Source of the DNA: Eutreptiella sp. 'Long Island Sound 2002'
Lineage: Eukaryota; Protista; Euglenida
DNA: 64,000 nucleotides
Direction of reading: 5' to 3'
Assembly (NCBI GenBank): GCA_964036045.1
Contig: OZ038379.1
Location: forward strand, 2,480,001 to 2,544,000
Made by a program: the position numbers and the translations under genes. Below, piece by piece: positions 49,324 through 59,871 of the stretch. How positions within the stretch are numbered: the first letter of the stretch is position 1; each line of letters starts with the position of its first letter. A model generated the notes under the pieces. The model was not told where the DNA came from. It saw only the letters and a list, made by a program, of their open reading frames with translations, and did not search any database.

Positions 49324-50640
49324 TGTTTGAAGAAACACTAAACCGAATAGACGAAAGCACGGTACAATGGTGCAACACCATGGCACGGGAATCAATTCAG
49401 GTTGCTATGATGAGGGCCTATATTGCTGGTCAATGTGCTGCATTTCTTTTCTTTTGATCAGGGATGGCTCATTGAGGTGTAGATCTGTGGGGCATATATT
49501 TCAACCCGTGACAAACAAATAAAGGCGGTTGTTGCATGAAACTGTTATGCATCCGTCACATGGAAATCGTTTTCAGGCTTGAGGCACAATAGTTGTAAAA
49601 TGAATAAATAATCCCCGTATGCCGGATGATCTTGATGGGCATTCGGATCAAACCAGTTCGGAAGGCCTGATAATCGGGCAGCCGATGCACTCACCGCCGA
49701 AATCTACAACACAATTGATGTGGGGGGATTGTACGTAGGATCACATATTGCATGGAACAAATGTGCTATGTTTACGCGCGGTTATATCCGTGGTTTTTGA
49801 TGGTGTTGGTCGGACCTACTTAGGTGTGTTTTTAGGAACGCGTCGTCACAAAAAAACTTTGCGTTAACGTACCGAGTGATGACACCACCTCATAGCTCAT
49901 AGGTCCCTTGAAGTTTTTCTGCCCTCAATGCATCGGCTTCGGCCACGACGACATCAGCAAAAACCAAAAAGAGAAAGAACATTTTTCCAATTTCCCGCAG
50001 AAAAAAGGGGGAAAATCGTGCGACAGAATTACGCTTCCGAAATCTCATAGGTTCAACATGTCAAGGTGAATGTCGACACTGAAGGCTTGTCATTGCTGAT
50101 TGTACAGTGGCTTTCCTTTTTACAGGCATGTGAACAAAGAGTGCTGGAATGTTTGCTTTATTTGAAAACAATGTACTATCGTTTTTGGGGACTCAGATGG
50201 GCTTCTCCTGACTATTTCCTGGTTCCTAGAAAGGTCTATGCCCCATCAATGAAATACCCAATGGGATCGGACACGTAAGAACGGGAGGAATGGTACGCAA
50301 AAGAAAAAACCCTCCGGCACGGCAAAAGACACACGCACCCATATGATCGCTCCGTTGTACTCAAAATGTACTGCACGGTAACCAACCTCCATTTTGCAAT
50401 CCTCAACCCACCCCCGGCTCAGCGTCCTCTTCAAGGAGCCGCATGCCACTGGCTATAATGGTTGGTGATCTGGAACGTTGGCTTTGTGTCATATGCTGGG
50501 TCCACTTCAAGTTGATGATTTAGAATCTTTCATCACCCTTTCCTCTCACCAAGTGATTTGCAATTTATCGTCGAGCAATTAGGCACGGGAAAAGGTCTCT
50601 TCCGAACACAATGCGATGTTGAAGAGGCAAGTGTGAAACT

Positions 50641-52761
50641 TTGCGATCGTCCCTACGATCCTCCCTATCCTTGGAGCCACAATTTTCAATCCTCCACGAA
50701 TCGCAGGGTACGGTTGAACACCGTCTATGGGAACGTCTTTTCAGAAAGGTGAAGGCCCGGACACGGCGCGAGTGTGGCATCGTGCTGAGACGCTTCCTGC
50801 TGTTAAAAATCAAAAATACTTCAGCGGCATTTGCTGATTTTGTTCAGCAACGGATGCGCCAGCATTTGCTCGATTCAAAGTGTTTTACCCCCCTGAAATC
50901 CTTCTATGCGGATCGTATCAAGGTGGTTTGGTGTAAAACGAAAAAGGTGGCTGACTGGGTTCCGAACTCGCAGTTCCGTTTCACTCCTGGATTACTGCGG
51001 CGTTGCCTGGAACAGGGTTGCGCCTGTGTGGAGTCACCTTTGTGTTGCCCTCCTCCCATCAGCCATATTGTATCCCGATCCACATGTGAGCACTTACAAC
51101 TGATTCTGGGTGATTCAGCTGGATTGTTACGGCAGAATGCCCAAAATTCTACAGTTGCCCCCTTGTTGTCATGCGTCCATGGTTTGTCTTCCTCCGTGTA
51201 TTCCACTATGCGACAATTGCCAGGAGTTCCTGAACACGAGGCTATGTCTGCATCTCGCTCAATGGCTGAGGCAGCTTTTCATGCCTATGATGATGAGATA
51301 ACATCGGTTGACCCTCGAGTGAATCCTGAGCACCTGCAGACACTACGTCAGCAGGACCATAACTTCCGTTTTTTACTTGCTGATAAAAATCCGGGGTTGC
51401 TGTTTGTTGTATGCACTGTCCACTGGGCCCAATTGTTCCAGGCACACATATTACACAATGTGAAGTACCAAGTCTTGCATGCTTTTGGCGCTGTCTTTTT
51501 AGCACGAAACCTCCTGCGTAATACTATCATTGAGCGGATGTATTCTTCTGGACTTATCCAAACGTGGCGCCCGATTCTCGGTGCCCGATGGAAACCCCCC
51601 AGTAAACATTCAAAGGCACCCAGTGCAAAAATCCTGATCAAGTCTAAATCTCAGGAAGCCGACGGCATCCTGAAGATTAGAATTGTCATTTCCCATTTCA
51701 GTCATCCGGCTTCAAAAATTGGCAAACTTGCATCACGAGCACTCTCCCTTCTCTGTCGACTCGTGGGTGACATGGACATCAATTTTGAAATTTTCTCTAT
51801 GTATGACGCAAAAGGTTTATTTGTTTCTGCTTTGTCAGCCGCTGATAAGGATTCTGTCCCATGGGCTGGCTTGGAGCTTGATATGGTTGATATGTATTCA
51901 GAGATCCCGAAGGATCGTGTGCTCGACAGTGTGATGTACTGTGTGTCTGTGCTTAGAGATAACCGTAAGAGTAGGAATCCCATCACCTGGTTTGCCATTT
52001 CTACTATCTGTAAATCCCTCGACCGGTTGGGCACAGGAACCTCCAGAGATTTCATGAACCTCAGTATTGAAATGATTACCTCGTTTGTTAATTTCGAACT
52101 GTGGGCTAATGCCGACTTCGCTGCAGGTGGTTATGTGCTCAGTCAGCTTATTGGTTTACCAATGGGTGGACCCATCAGTGCCCAACTCGCTGTGCTGTAT
52201 CTTATGAGCGCAGAAATGCGTGCTACAAGATCGGCGTTGTCTGTTCACAAATTCATCCATGGGAGGTACCGTGACAATTTTTACATATTTGGCCCGAAAT
52301 CTGTGTTATTTGACCTCCAGCAGACCATGAAAGTCCAACTGGAATCTACTTATGCAATGCCCATGACAGTCGAACAGTTTGGAACGAAGGTCCAGGTTCT
52401 TGAGGTGATTGTGGACTTTGAAAGTCAATCCAGGGGCCTGCGACTGAATTCCAGAGCGCTGGACGTCCACACTGGTGCGGTGTCAGGAGTGGTCCGATGG
52501 CCTGACCGTTGGTCCACCAACACGACAGTTTGGCGTTCCCTGGTGCCAGGCCTATGTGTGAAATGTGGATATTGGTCGTGGTCCCATGGTGATATTTATG
52601 AAAACGTTGTCCTGATCGTGGCTGAGTTAGGTTATAAGGATGTCCCTCGGAGACACTGGCGAACCCGAGTCCTGAACTTCTGCAAGGAAAATCAGATCCC
52701 GGTTGGCCCTTCTGATTTGATGGTGATGTACGAATATGGTAACTTCTTAAGGTGGGGATAA
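50641..52761 (+). CDS. Penelope-like (PLE) reverse transcriptase, 5'-truncated, no C-terminal GIY-YIG endonuclease, YRDN at the YxDD site
   Basis: FLLADKNPG (PLE DK motif), KIRIVISHFSHP, LELDMVDMYSEIP (motif A), QLIGLPMGGPISAQLAVLY (motif B), GRYRDNFYIF (motif C, 52267-52278), then thumb and stop. About 2.1 kb with no disruptions. Confidence 0.85.
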   Translation: MRSSLRSSLSLEPQFSILHESQGTVEHRLWERLFRKVKARTRRECGIVLRRFLLLKIKNTSAAFADFVQQRMRQHLLDSKCFTPLKSFYADRIKVVWCKTKKVADWVPNSQFRFTPGLLRRCLEQGCACVESPLCCPPPISHIVSRSTCEHLQLILGDSAGLLRQNAQNSTVAPLLSCVHGLSSSVYSTMRQLPGVPEHEAMSASRSMAEAAFHAYDDEITSVDPRVNPEHLQTLRQQDHNFRFLLADKNPGLLFVVCTVHWAQLFQAHILHNVKYQVLHAFGAVFLARNLLRNTIIERMYSSGLIQTWRPILGARWKPPSKHSKAPSAKILIKSKSQEADGILKIRIVISHFSHPASKIGKLASRALSLLCRLVGDMDINFEIFSMYDAKGLFVSALSAADKDSVPWAGLELDMVDMYSEIPKDRVLDSVMYCVSVLRDNRKSRNPITWFAISTICKSLDRLGTGTSRDFMNLSIEMITSFVNFELWANADFAAGGYVLSQLIGLPMGGPISAQLAVLYLMSAEMRATRSALSVHKFIHGRYRDNFYIFGPKSVLFDLQQTMKVQLESTYAMPMTVEQFGTKVQVLEVIVDFESQSRGLRLNSRALDVHTGAVSGVVRWPDRWSTNTTVWRSLVPGLCVKCGYWSWSHGDIYENVVLIVAELGYKDVPRRHWRTRVLNFCKENQIPVGPSDLMVMYEYGNFLRWG

Positions 52762-52993
52762 CTTTTTCTGTCTCTTATATTTTGACACGCATGGGCCACT
52801 GTCGGGGGGTGGGTGGGTCAATGACAGTGGCTGTGATTTGCCTCAATTTGCATTCTCAGTCTCCATTTTATTTCGCTCATTGAACCGCCTGCCTTACGCG
52901 GTGGGGCATGCGCGCGCATGTACACGCTGTCATGTTGAGTCTTGATTTTTTGGTTGTGTCGATTTTGAGTATTGGTTACATTGATTAACAGGT

Positions 52994-53130
52994 GGAATGA
53001 GAGAACGAAATTCGTTATCTGTTGCATACGATTTCAGTTGCTTACATAGCCTGAGAATTTGTGTTTGTCACAGAGCACGCTTTCTACTGATTTCACGTGT
53101 TTCAGAATCGTACCTGATGAGTTCTCTTCC
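52994..53130 (+). ncRNA. Candidate type II-topology hammerhead ribozyme with 4-nt palindromic stem I
   Basis: GAGAGAAC-GAAA-UUC...GAAU-C-GUAC-CUGAUGA-GUUCUCUU. Both core motifs, the G10.1-C11.1 pair, 8-bp stem II, 4-bp stem III and an AUC cleavage triplet are present. Confidence 0.5.
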
Positions 53131-54546
53131 GTGATTTGCCTGTTGCTTTGCTTATCATATGCTGGGTCCACTTCAAGTTGATGATTTAGAATCTTTCATC
53201 ACCCTTTCCTCTCACCAAGTGATTTGCAATTTATCGTCGAGCAATTAGGCACGGGAAAAGGTCTCTTCCGAACACAATGCGATGTTGAAGAGGCAAGTGT
53301 GAAACTTTGGACGCTTCAGGCAGACGTTGTGAGGCTCATCCTGAAGATATTGGAAGTGGCAATTTACGTGCATGGCATGGTGGTCCACATTGAACGGCTT
53401 CTTGGTAATCTTGGGTTTTGAACTATGGGTTTTATCAAAATATCCAACGCAAAAAACATTGGCATGACGGAGGTTCAAGTACAGAAAACAACGCAATCGA
53501 TAAGAATAATGATGTTGTTCTTGAAATATTAGGCCCGAATTCTCACCAATGGAAAATCCGACGTTCAAAAAAACCTTCTTTGGCTTATGTTAAACCCAAC
53601 AAAAAACGCCTATAACTATACCCTAAAATGTACACTGTACGTACTCAACACCACACTGCGGTGCCAAAACAGGGCATTGAATGGTGATGATCACTTTGTT
53701 GGGGCCGGTAACGTATCCCAATGAAGTTCTTTTTTTCAGTATAAGGCTGCGCAATGTTGTGGGTTGCTTTTGTGCTGTAGGAGGTGATTTTTGCTTTGCA
53801 TGCTTGTTGCGTGTCATGCCCGACTTACAGGAGGTTTCCATCTCGTGTTCACCCCTACCACCAAAAGGCGGAGGTAACCTCCACGTGATTTCCCAACCCT
53901 CCAAGCGGTTCGGCTCTTACCCACGAAGGGCAGCCCCGGTCAAAGGGCACATGACAACCCACCTTGGCGGAAGGATCACCGATTTCCAGGCTAGGCTGCC
54001 CATGGAAATCGGAGTTGGGCCAAAGCCACACTCGACCATCCAAGGCCGCAGTACGTAGTACGCAGTACGTAGCCACGTGATTGCTCTGTTGTATTCAGAA
54101 TGTATTGCACGGTGACCAACCTCCATTTTGCAATCCTCAACCTACCCCCAGCCGAGTGTCGTTTTCAAGAGACCGCATGCCACTGGCCATAATGGTTGGT
54201 GATGTGGAACGTTGGTGATCTGGAACCCTTTGACCTTGTGTCATATTCTGGGTCTACCCCAATTTGATGATTTGGAATCTTTCATCACCTTTTCCTCTCA
54301 CCAAGTGACTTGCAATTTATCGTTAAGCAATTAGGCACGGGAAAAACCCCTCTTCCGAACACAATGCGACGTTGAAGAGGCAAGTGTGAATTTATCAAAA
54401 TTTCCAATGCAAAAAACATTGGCATGACGGAGGTTCAAGTACAGAGAACAATGCAATTGATAAATTTGATGTTGTTCTTGAAATGTTATTCCGGAATTCT
54501 CACCGATGGCATCGATGTGCCATAATCATGTTGTCTGCCATGTTTG

Positions 54547-54645
54547 CCACTTAGGTGGACAATACAAAGAGTCCGATACAAAGCGGAAAGTGAGACCACT
54601 TAGGTGGACAAAATCAAAGAGTCCAACACAAAGCAGAAAGTGAGA
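54547..54645. repeat. 49-bp tandem duplication
   Basis: ccacttaggtggaca...aaagtgaga occurs twice. Confidence 0.9.
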
Positions 54646-54702
54646 ACCCCAAGGTTAGGGTTTCCATCAGCCTTGGGCGATTGTCAATGGGCGAAGCAGC
54701 AG

Positions 54703-57700
54703 GGTCCAGTAGGGGCCAAAAGATGACTTTTCTCAAAAATGATCCTAGACCATGTGCGACGCTAAAACAAGTGATTTCGGACCGTTTTGAGCTTGTGGTG
54801 GCGCATTTTGGTCCTCCGAAAATCCCAAAATGCCTTTAAAATGGGCTGTTTTGGGACCAAAAATGGGTCAAAAACGCATTTTTCCAAACCTCATCCTAGA
54901 CCATTTGGGGTGCACAAACGGGTGAAATGAGCCCATTTTGAGTGCATTTTCGGGCATTTTGGCCACTCCAAAGTCCAAAAAGACTTGAAAGTGGGCCTCG
55001 TGGTGATGGGGTTCACTTGCAAGGTGATTTCACTTTGTCAAGAGCCATCAATGTGTGAATCATTCTTGATGTCCCTCACCAGTCATAGCTGATGTTCCCT
55101 CCCCCACCAGCTCGGTTCCAATATTCAGTCTTGATTAACCCTAGGGTAGGGGGGTCTAGGGTTAGGGGGGGGTATGGGTTTGGGGGGAATATGGGGGTTT
55201 AGGGGGAAGGTTAGGGGGGGGTGGTCTAGGGTTAGGGGGGGGGTTAGGGTTAGGGTCACCGAGCTGGTGGAACCAGTCTTGGTTTTATAACCCTTTTTAG
55301 TGTCTAGGGTGGACCTACCCGGTTTAGCAGCAGCAGCAGCAGCAAGCAAGCAAGGAGCAAGCAAGCAAGCAAGCAAGCACGCAAGCAGCACACGCGAAAT
55401 GGGCAAAAATCAGAACTCCGTCGTGGTGCTTCAGATTCGGATAAAGTTTTGGTGGATGATACCTATGGGTCCCAAGTACAATCACACAAAGTTTGAGCAA
55501 GACACTCAACGGTGGCGGCCGGGAACGGGATTCACAAGTGCCGGACCTCAGTTTCAAAGACTGCAGTTTGGGGCCAAAAATAGCCATTTTTGGGCCAAAA
55601 AAGCCCTAGAACCCATTCAAAACGGCCAAACGAAGGGAAACAGTGGATACATTGCACGTGCGGCTTGACTTCCTCGTGTCAACGAGCTCTTTGCGGCCCT
55701 CTAATTCCATGATATGTCCCGGAAACGGCCCAAAAAAGCCCCCAGAAGCTCCAAATGCCGACAGCCGCAAACCAAAAAAAGGCCATATCTTTGGCTACAT
55801 GGCTCAAAATGCGATTCCGAGGGCACCTACTCCACCCGAAACCCCCCACTTTTTGTGGTTTCCACCCCTCAAAATTGCCCAAACGGACGCCTAGACCCCA
55901 ATACCTAGGCCCACTAGGCTGCGGCAAGCTACAAGCTCAAGCCCAAATAGGTGCGTGCCCAAATGGGTCAACAGGGTCTAGTAGAGGCAAAAAGATTACT
56001 TTTCTCAAAAATGATCCTAGACCATGTGCGACGCTTAAACAAGTATTTTTGGGCCGTTTTGAGCTTGTGGTGGCCCATTTTGGTCCTCCGAAAATCCCAA
56101 AATGCCTCAGAAATGGGCTGTTTTGGGACCAAAAATGGGTCAAAAATGGGTCAAAAACACATTTTTCCACACCTCATCCGAGACCATTTTAGGTGCACAA
56201 ACGGGTGAAATGAAACCATTTTGAGCCCATTTTGGGGCATTTATGCCCCTCAGAAGTCCAACAAGCCTTGAAAGTGGGCCTCGTGGTGATGGGGTTCACT
56301 TGCAAGCTGATTTCACTTTGTCAAGAGCCATCAATGTGTGAATCATTCTTGATGTCCCTCACCAGTCATAGCTAATGTTCCCTCCCCCACTAGCTCGGTC
56401 CCAATATTCAGTCTTGATTAGGGTTGATTTAGGGTTAGTTTAGGACCTAGGGGAGGCATTTAGGTGCTTTGGGATAGGGCTTAGGGTTAAGGTCACCGAG
56501 CTGGTGGAACCAGTCTTGGTTTTATAACCCTTTTTAGTGTCTAGGGTGGACCTACTAGGTTTAGCAGCAAGCAGCAAGCAAGCAAGCAGCACGCGCGAAA
56601 TGGCTAAAAATCAAATCTCCGTCGTGGTGCTTCATATTCAGGTAAAATTTTGGTGGATGACACCTATGGGTGTGAAGTACAATCACACAAAGTTTGAGCA
56701 AGAAACTCAACGGTGGCGGCCGGGAACGGGATTCGCAAGTGGTGGACCTCAGTTTCAAAAACTGCAGTTTAGGGCCAAAAACAGCCATTTTTGGGCCAAA
56801 AAAGCCCTGGAACACATTCAAAACAGCCAAACGAAGGTAAATGGTGGGTACACTCCACGTGCGGCTTGACTTCCCATGTCAACGACCTCTTTGCGGCCCT
56901 CTAATTCCATGATATGTCCCGAAAACGGCCCAGAAGCTCCAAATGCCGACAGCCACAAACCAAGAATAGGCCATATCTTTGGCTACATGGCTCAAAATGC
57001 GATTCCGAGGGCACCTGCTCCACCCGAAACCCCCCACTTTTTGTGGTTTCCACCCCTCAGAATTGCCCAAACGGACGCCTAGACCCCAATACCTAGGCCC
57101 ACTAGGCTGCGGCAAGCTACAAGCTCAAGCCCAAATAGGTGCGTGCCCAAATGGGTCAACAGGGTCTAGTAGGGGCAAAAAGATGACTTTTCTCGAAAAT
57201 GATCCTAGACCATGTGCGACGCTTAAACAAGTATTTTTGGACCGTTTTGAGCTTGTGGTGGCCCATTTTGGTCCTCCGAAAATCCCAAAATGCCTTGAAA
57301 ATGGGCTGTTTTGGGACCGAAAATGGGTCAAGAACGCATTTTTCCAAACCTCATCCTAGACCATTTGGGGTGCACAAACGGGTGAAATGAGCCCATTTTG
57401 AGCCCATTTTGGGGCATTTTGGCCCCTCAAAAGTCCAACCAGCCTTGAAAGTGGGCCTCGTGGTGATGGGGTTCACTCGCAAGCCGCTTTCACTTTGTCA
57501 CGAGCCATCAATGCGTGAATCATTCTTGATGTCCCTCACCAGTCATAGCTGATGTTCCCTCCCCCACCAGCTCGGTTCCAATATTCAGTCTTGATTAACC
57601 CTAGGGTAGGGGGGTCTAGGGTTGGGGGGGGGTATGGGTTTGGGGGGGATATGGGGGTTTAGGGGGGAGGTTAGCGGGGGTTGGGCTAGGGTTAGGGGGG

Positions 57701-58421
57701 GTGGTTAGGGTTAGGGTCACCGAGCTGGTGGAACCAGTCTTGGTTTTATAACCCTTTTTAGTGTCTAGGGTGGACCTACCCGGTTTAGCAGCAAGCAGCA
57801 AGCAAGCAGTAACACGCGCGAAATGGCTAAAAATCAAATCTCCGTCGTGGTGCTTCATATTCGGGTAAAATTTTGGTGGATGATACCTATGGGTGTGAAG
57901 TACAATCACACAAAGTTTGAGCAAGAAACTCAACGGTGGCGGCCGGGAACGGGATTCGCAAGTGGCGGACCTCAGTTTCAAAAACTGCAGTTTAGGGCCA
58001 AAGACAGCCATTTTTGGGCCAAAAAAGCCCTCGAACACATTCAAAAAAGCCAAACGAAGGTAAATGGTGGGTGCACTCCACGTGCGGCTTGACTTCCCAT
58101 GTCAACGGGCTCTTTGCGGCCCTCTGACTCCATAATATGTCCCGAAAACGGCCCAGAAGCTCCAAATGCCGACAGCCACAAACCAAGAATAGGCCATATC
58201 TTTGGCTACATGGCTCAAAATGCGATTCCGAGGGCACCTACTCCACCCGAAACCCCCCACTTTTTGTGGTTTCCACCCCTCAGAATTGCCCAAACGGACA
58301 CCTAGACCCCAATACCTAGGCCCACTAGGCTGCGGCAAGCTACAAGCTCAAGCCCAAATAGGTGCGTGCCCAAATGGGTCAACAGGGTCTAGTAGGGGCA
58401 AAAAGATGAACTTTCTCAAAA
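54703..58421. repeat. Tandem array of ~1.2-kb units (3+ copies), probable non-autonomous Helitron derivative
   Basis: Landmarks ccaccagctcggt at 55104, 56387 (ccactagctcggt) and 57564. Each unit has an agcaagc microsatellite and a TTAGGG-like tract. The overlapping short ORFs are artefacts of the repeat. Confidence 0.85.
55104..55270. repeat. TTAGGG-like G-rich tract flanked by 13-bp inverted repeats (also 56387-56507 and 57564-57731)
   Basis: CCACCAGCTCGGT ... gttagggttagggtc ACCGAGCTGGTGG in all three units (one mismatch in unit 2). Confidence 0.85.
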
Positions 58422-58559
58422 TCAAGACTGAATACTGGGACCGAGCTGGTGGGGTAGTGCGTATGCTTTTTTACGTACTAGGGTGGAGGAAAGTCAATTG
58501 GGGGTTGCAATTGGGGGTTGGGGGATGGCGATTGAGGGTTGGATGCATGTGGTTGTGTG

Positions 58560-59045
58560 TTCTGTATTCCCCTCTCCTCTTTTTGCATTGGCGACTGGCT
58601 TTCGCTTCATCGCGATCCCATTGTTGCATGAATGCCACCGTATGTTCTGTCTTCCCCTCCCCTTTTTGAGTTTGCAAATGGCTTTTGCTTCACCGCGATC
58701 CCATTATCGCACGAATGTCACTGCCTGTTTTGTATTCCCCACCCCCTTCATGCGTTTGCAAATGGCTTTCGCTTCACCGCGATCCCATTATTGCATGGCT
58801 GTCACTGTCTTTTTTGTATTCCCCTCCCCCTTCACGTTTTTGCAAATGGCTTTCGCTTCACCGCGATCCCATTATCGCAGGAATGTCACTGTCTGTTTTG
58901 CACTCCCCACCCCCTTTATGTGTTTGCAAATGGCTTTCGCTTCACCGCGATCCCATTATCGCAGGAATGTCATTGTCTATTTTGTATTCCCCTCCCTCTT
59001 TTTGTGTTTGCAAATGGCTTTCGCTTCACCGCGATCCCATTCATT
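58560..59045. repeat. 84-bp tandem repeat, ~6 copies
   Basis: ttgcaaatgg at 58672, 58756, 58840, 58924 and 59008 (exact 84 spacing). Each unit contains ttcgcttcaccgcgatcccatt. Confidence 0.95.
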
Positions 59046-59871
59046 TTCGATTGCATGAGTTCGAACATTTGCTCTTGTGCATGATAGGCAGATAAAAAAG
59101 GTAAAAAGTCTGCCTTGTGTCATTGTGTGTTCAGTGTTTCCCTCTCCACTAGATATTTGCTTCCGTGCGTCGGGTAGGTTAATGATGGTTGCATGTATGT
59201 CATTGATTGAGAGTAGGTTAATGATGGTTGCATGTATCTCATTGATTGACAGCGGCTTCATTAAGTTTGGTCGCGGTATTGCGGCGCTAACATGAGTATA
59301 AGGGAGTTTGCTGCGTGACAAAATATTGCAAGGTAGTTGCTGTGTGTTTTGTGTGTCCTTTGTCTGTTGTGTGTCACATTTGCATTGCATGCATGTTCTT
59401 CTACAGAGGATTTTGTTATTGCTTTGTCAACGGCTTCCGCTTCACCGCGGTCCCGCTATCATTTACCATATGATTTACAATGCCGATGTGGTGCTCCGTC
59501 ACTTACGAGGTCTTCTTTGGCTTCTGCTGGTTGTAGACGTCGTCCTTCTCCAGCCAGTGGATGTTGTAAGTGCCCAAGGTTATGCCAAAGTTCATATTTA
59601 TGGGGGGCGTCGCCCTATTTGCACTCCGGCGTGTGGTTCTGGTGCGCATCGATGGCGGAGAAAGCCTTCTCGCAGAAGCTCCCTCCGTTGCCTTGTGCCA
59701 GGAACAACAAGGGAATGGTTGCAAAGCGATGGCGCTTTTTTCTTTTGTGGGTGTGGGCATTGCCATTCGCAAAAGCGCCTTCCCCGCCATGTACGGCTTG
59801 CGCATCGACGGTGTAGACGGAGAACAAGGAGCAGAGCATTAACGCGGCGCCATCGGTGGAGAGCTGTCTTG

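Larger units (their letters stand above)
50489..53309 (+). mobile_element. Penelope-like retroelement insertion (50644-53154) flanked by identical 155-bp direct repeats (50489-50643, 53155-53309)
   Basis: The repeats are identical base by base. A diverged, RT-free copy of the same sequence lies at 54241-54390. Confidence 0.85.
47980..54500. repeat. Two copies of a ~950-bp unit (X-A-B-C); first copy split by a ~1.85-kb F-box block and the PLE
   Basis: 47980-48475 resembles 53550-54050; 50340-50636 resembles 54070-54390; 53431-53530 resembles 54391-54500. Confidence 0.8.

Noticed and set aside
50644-57720. Link between the EN-less PLE and the TTAGGG tracts (Athena-like telomeric retroelement)
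   Set aside because: The tracts are about 2 kb or more away, not at the PLE junctions, and the G-strand is on the RT sense strand, opposite to the expected polarity.
54700-59095. Dozens of 60-190-aa ORFs on both strands
   Set aside because: They recur identically with each repeat unit and have no domain motifs; they are by-products of tandem repeats.
59308-59871. First ~190 codons of the 1275-aa ORF
   Set aside because: TTG start, low-information Cys/Val/Leu/Arg text overlapping repeat-derived sequence; probably 5' UTR read-through.
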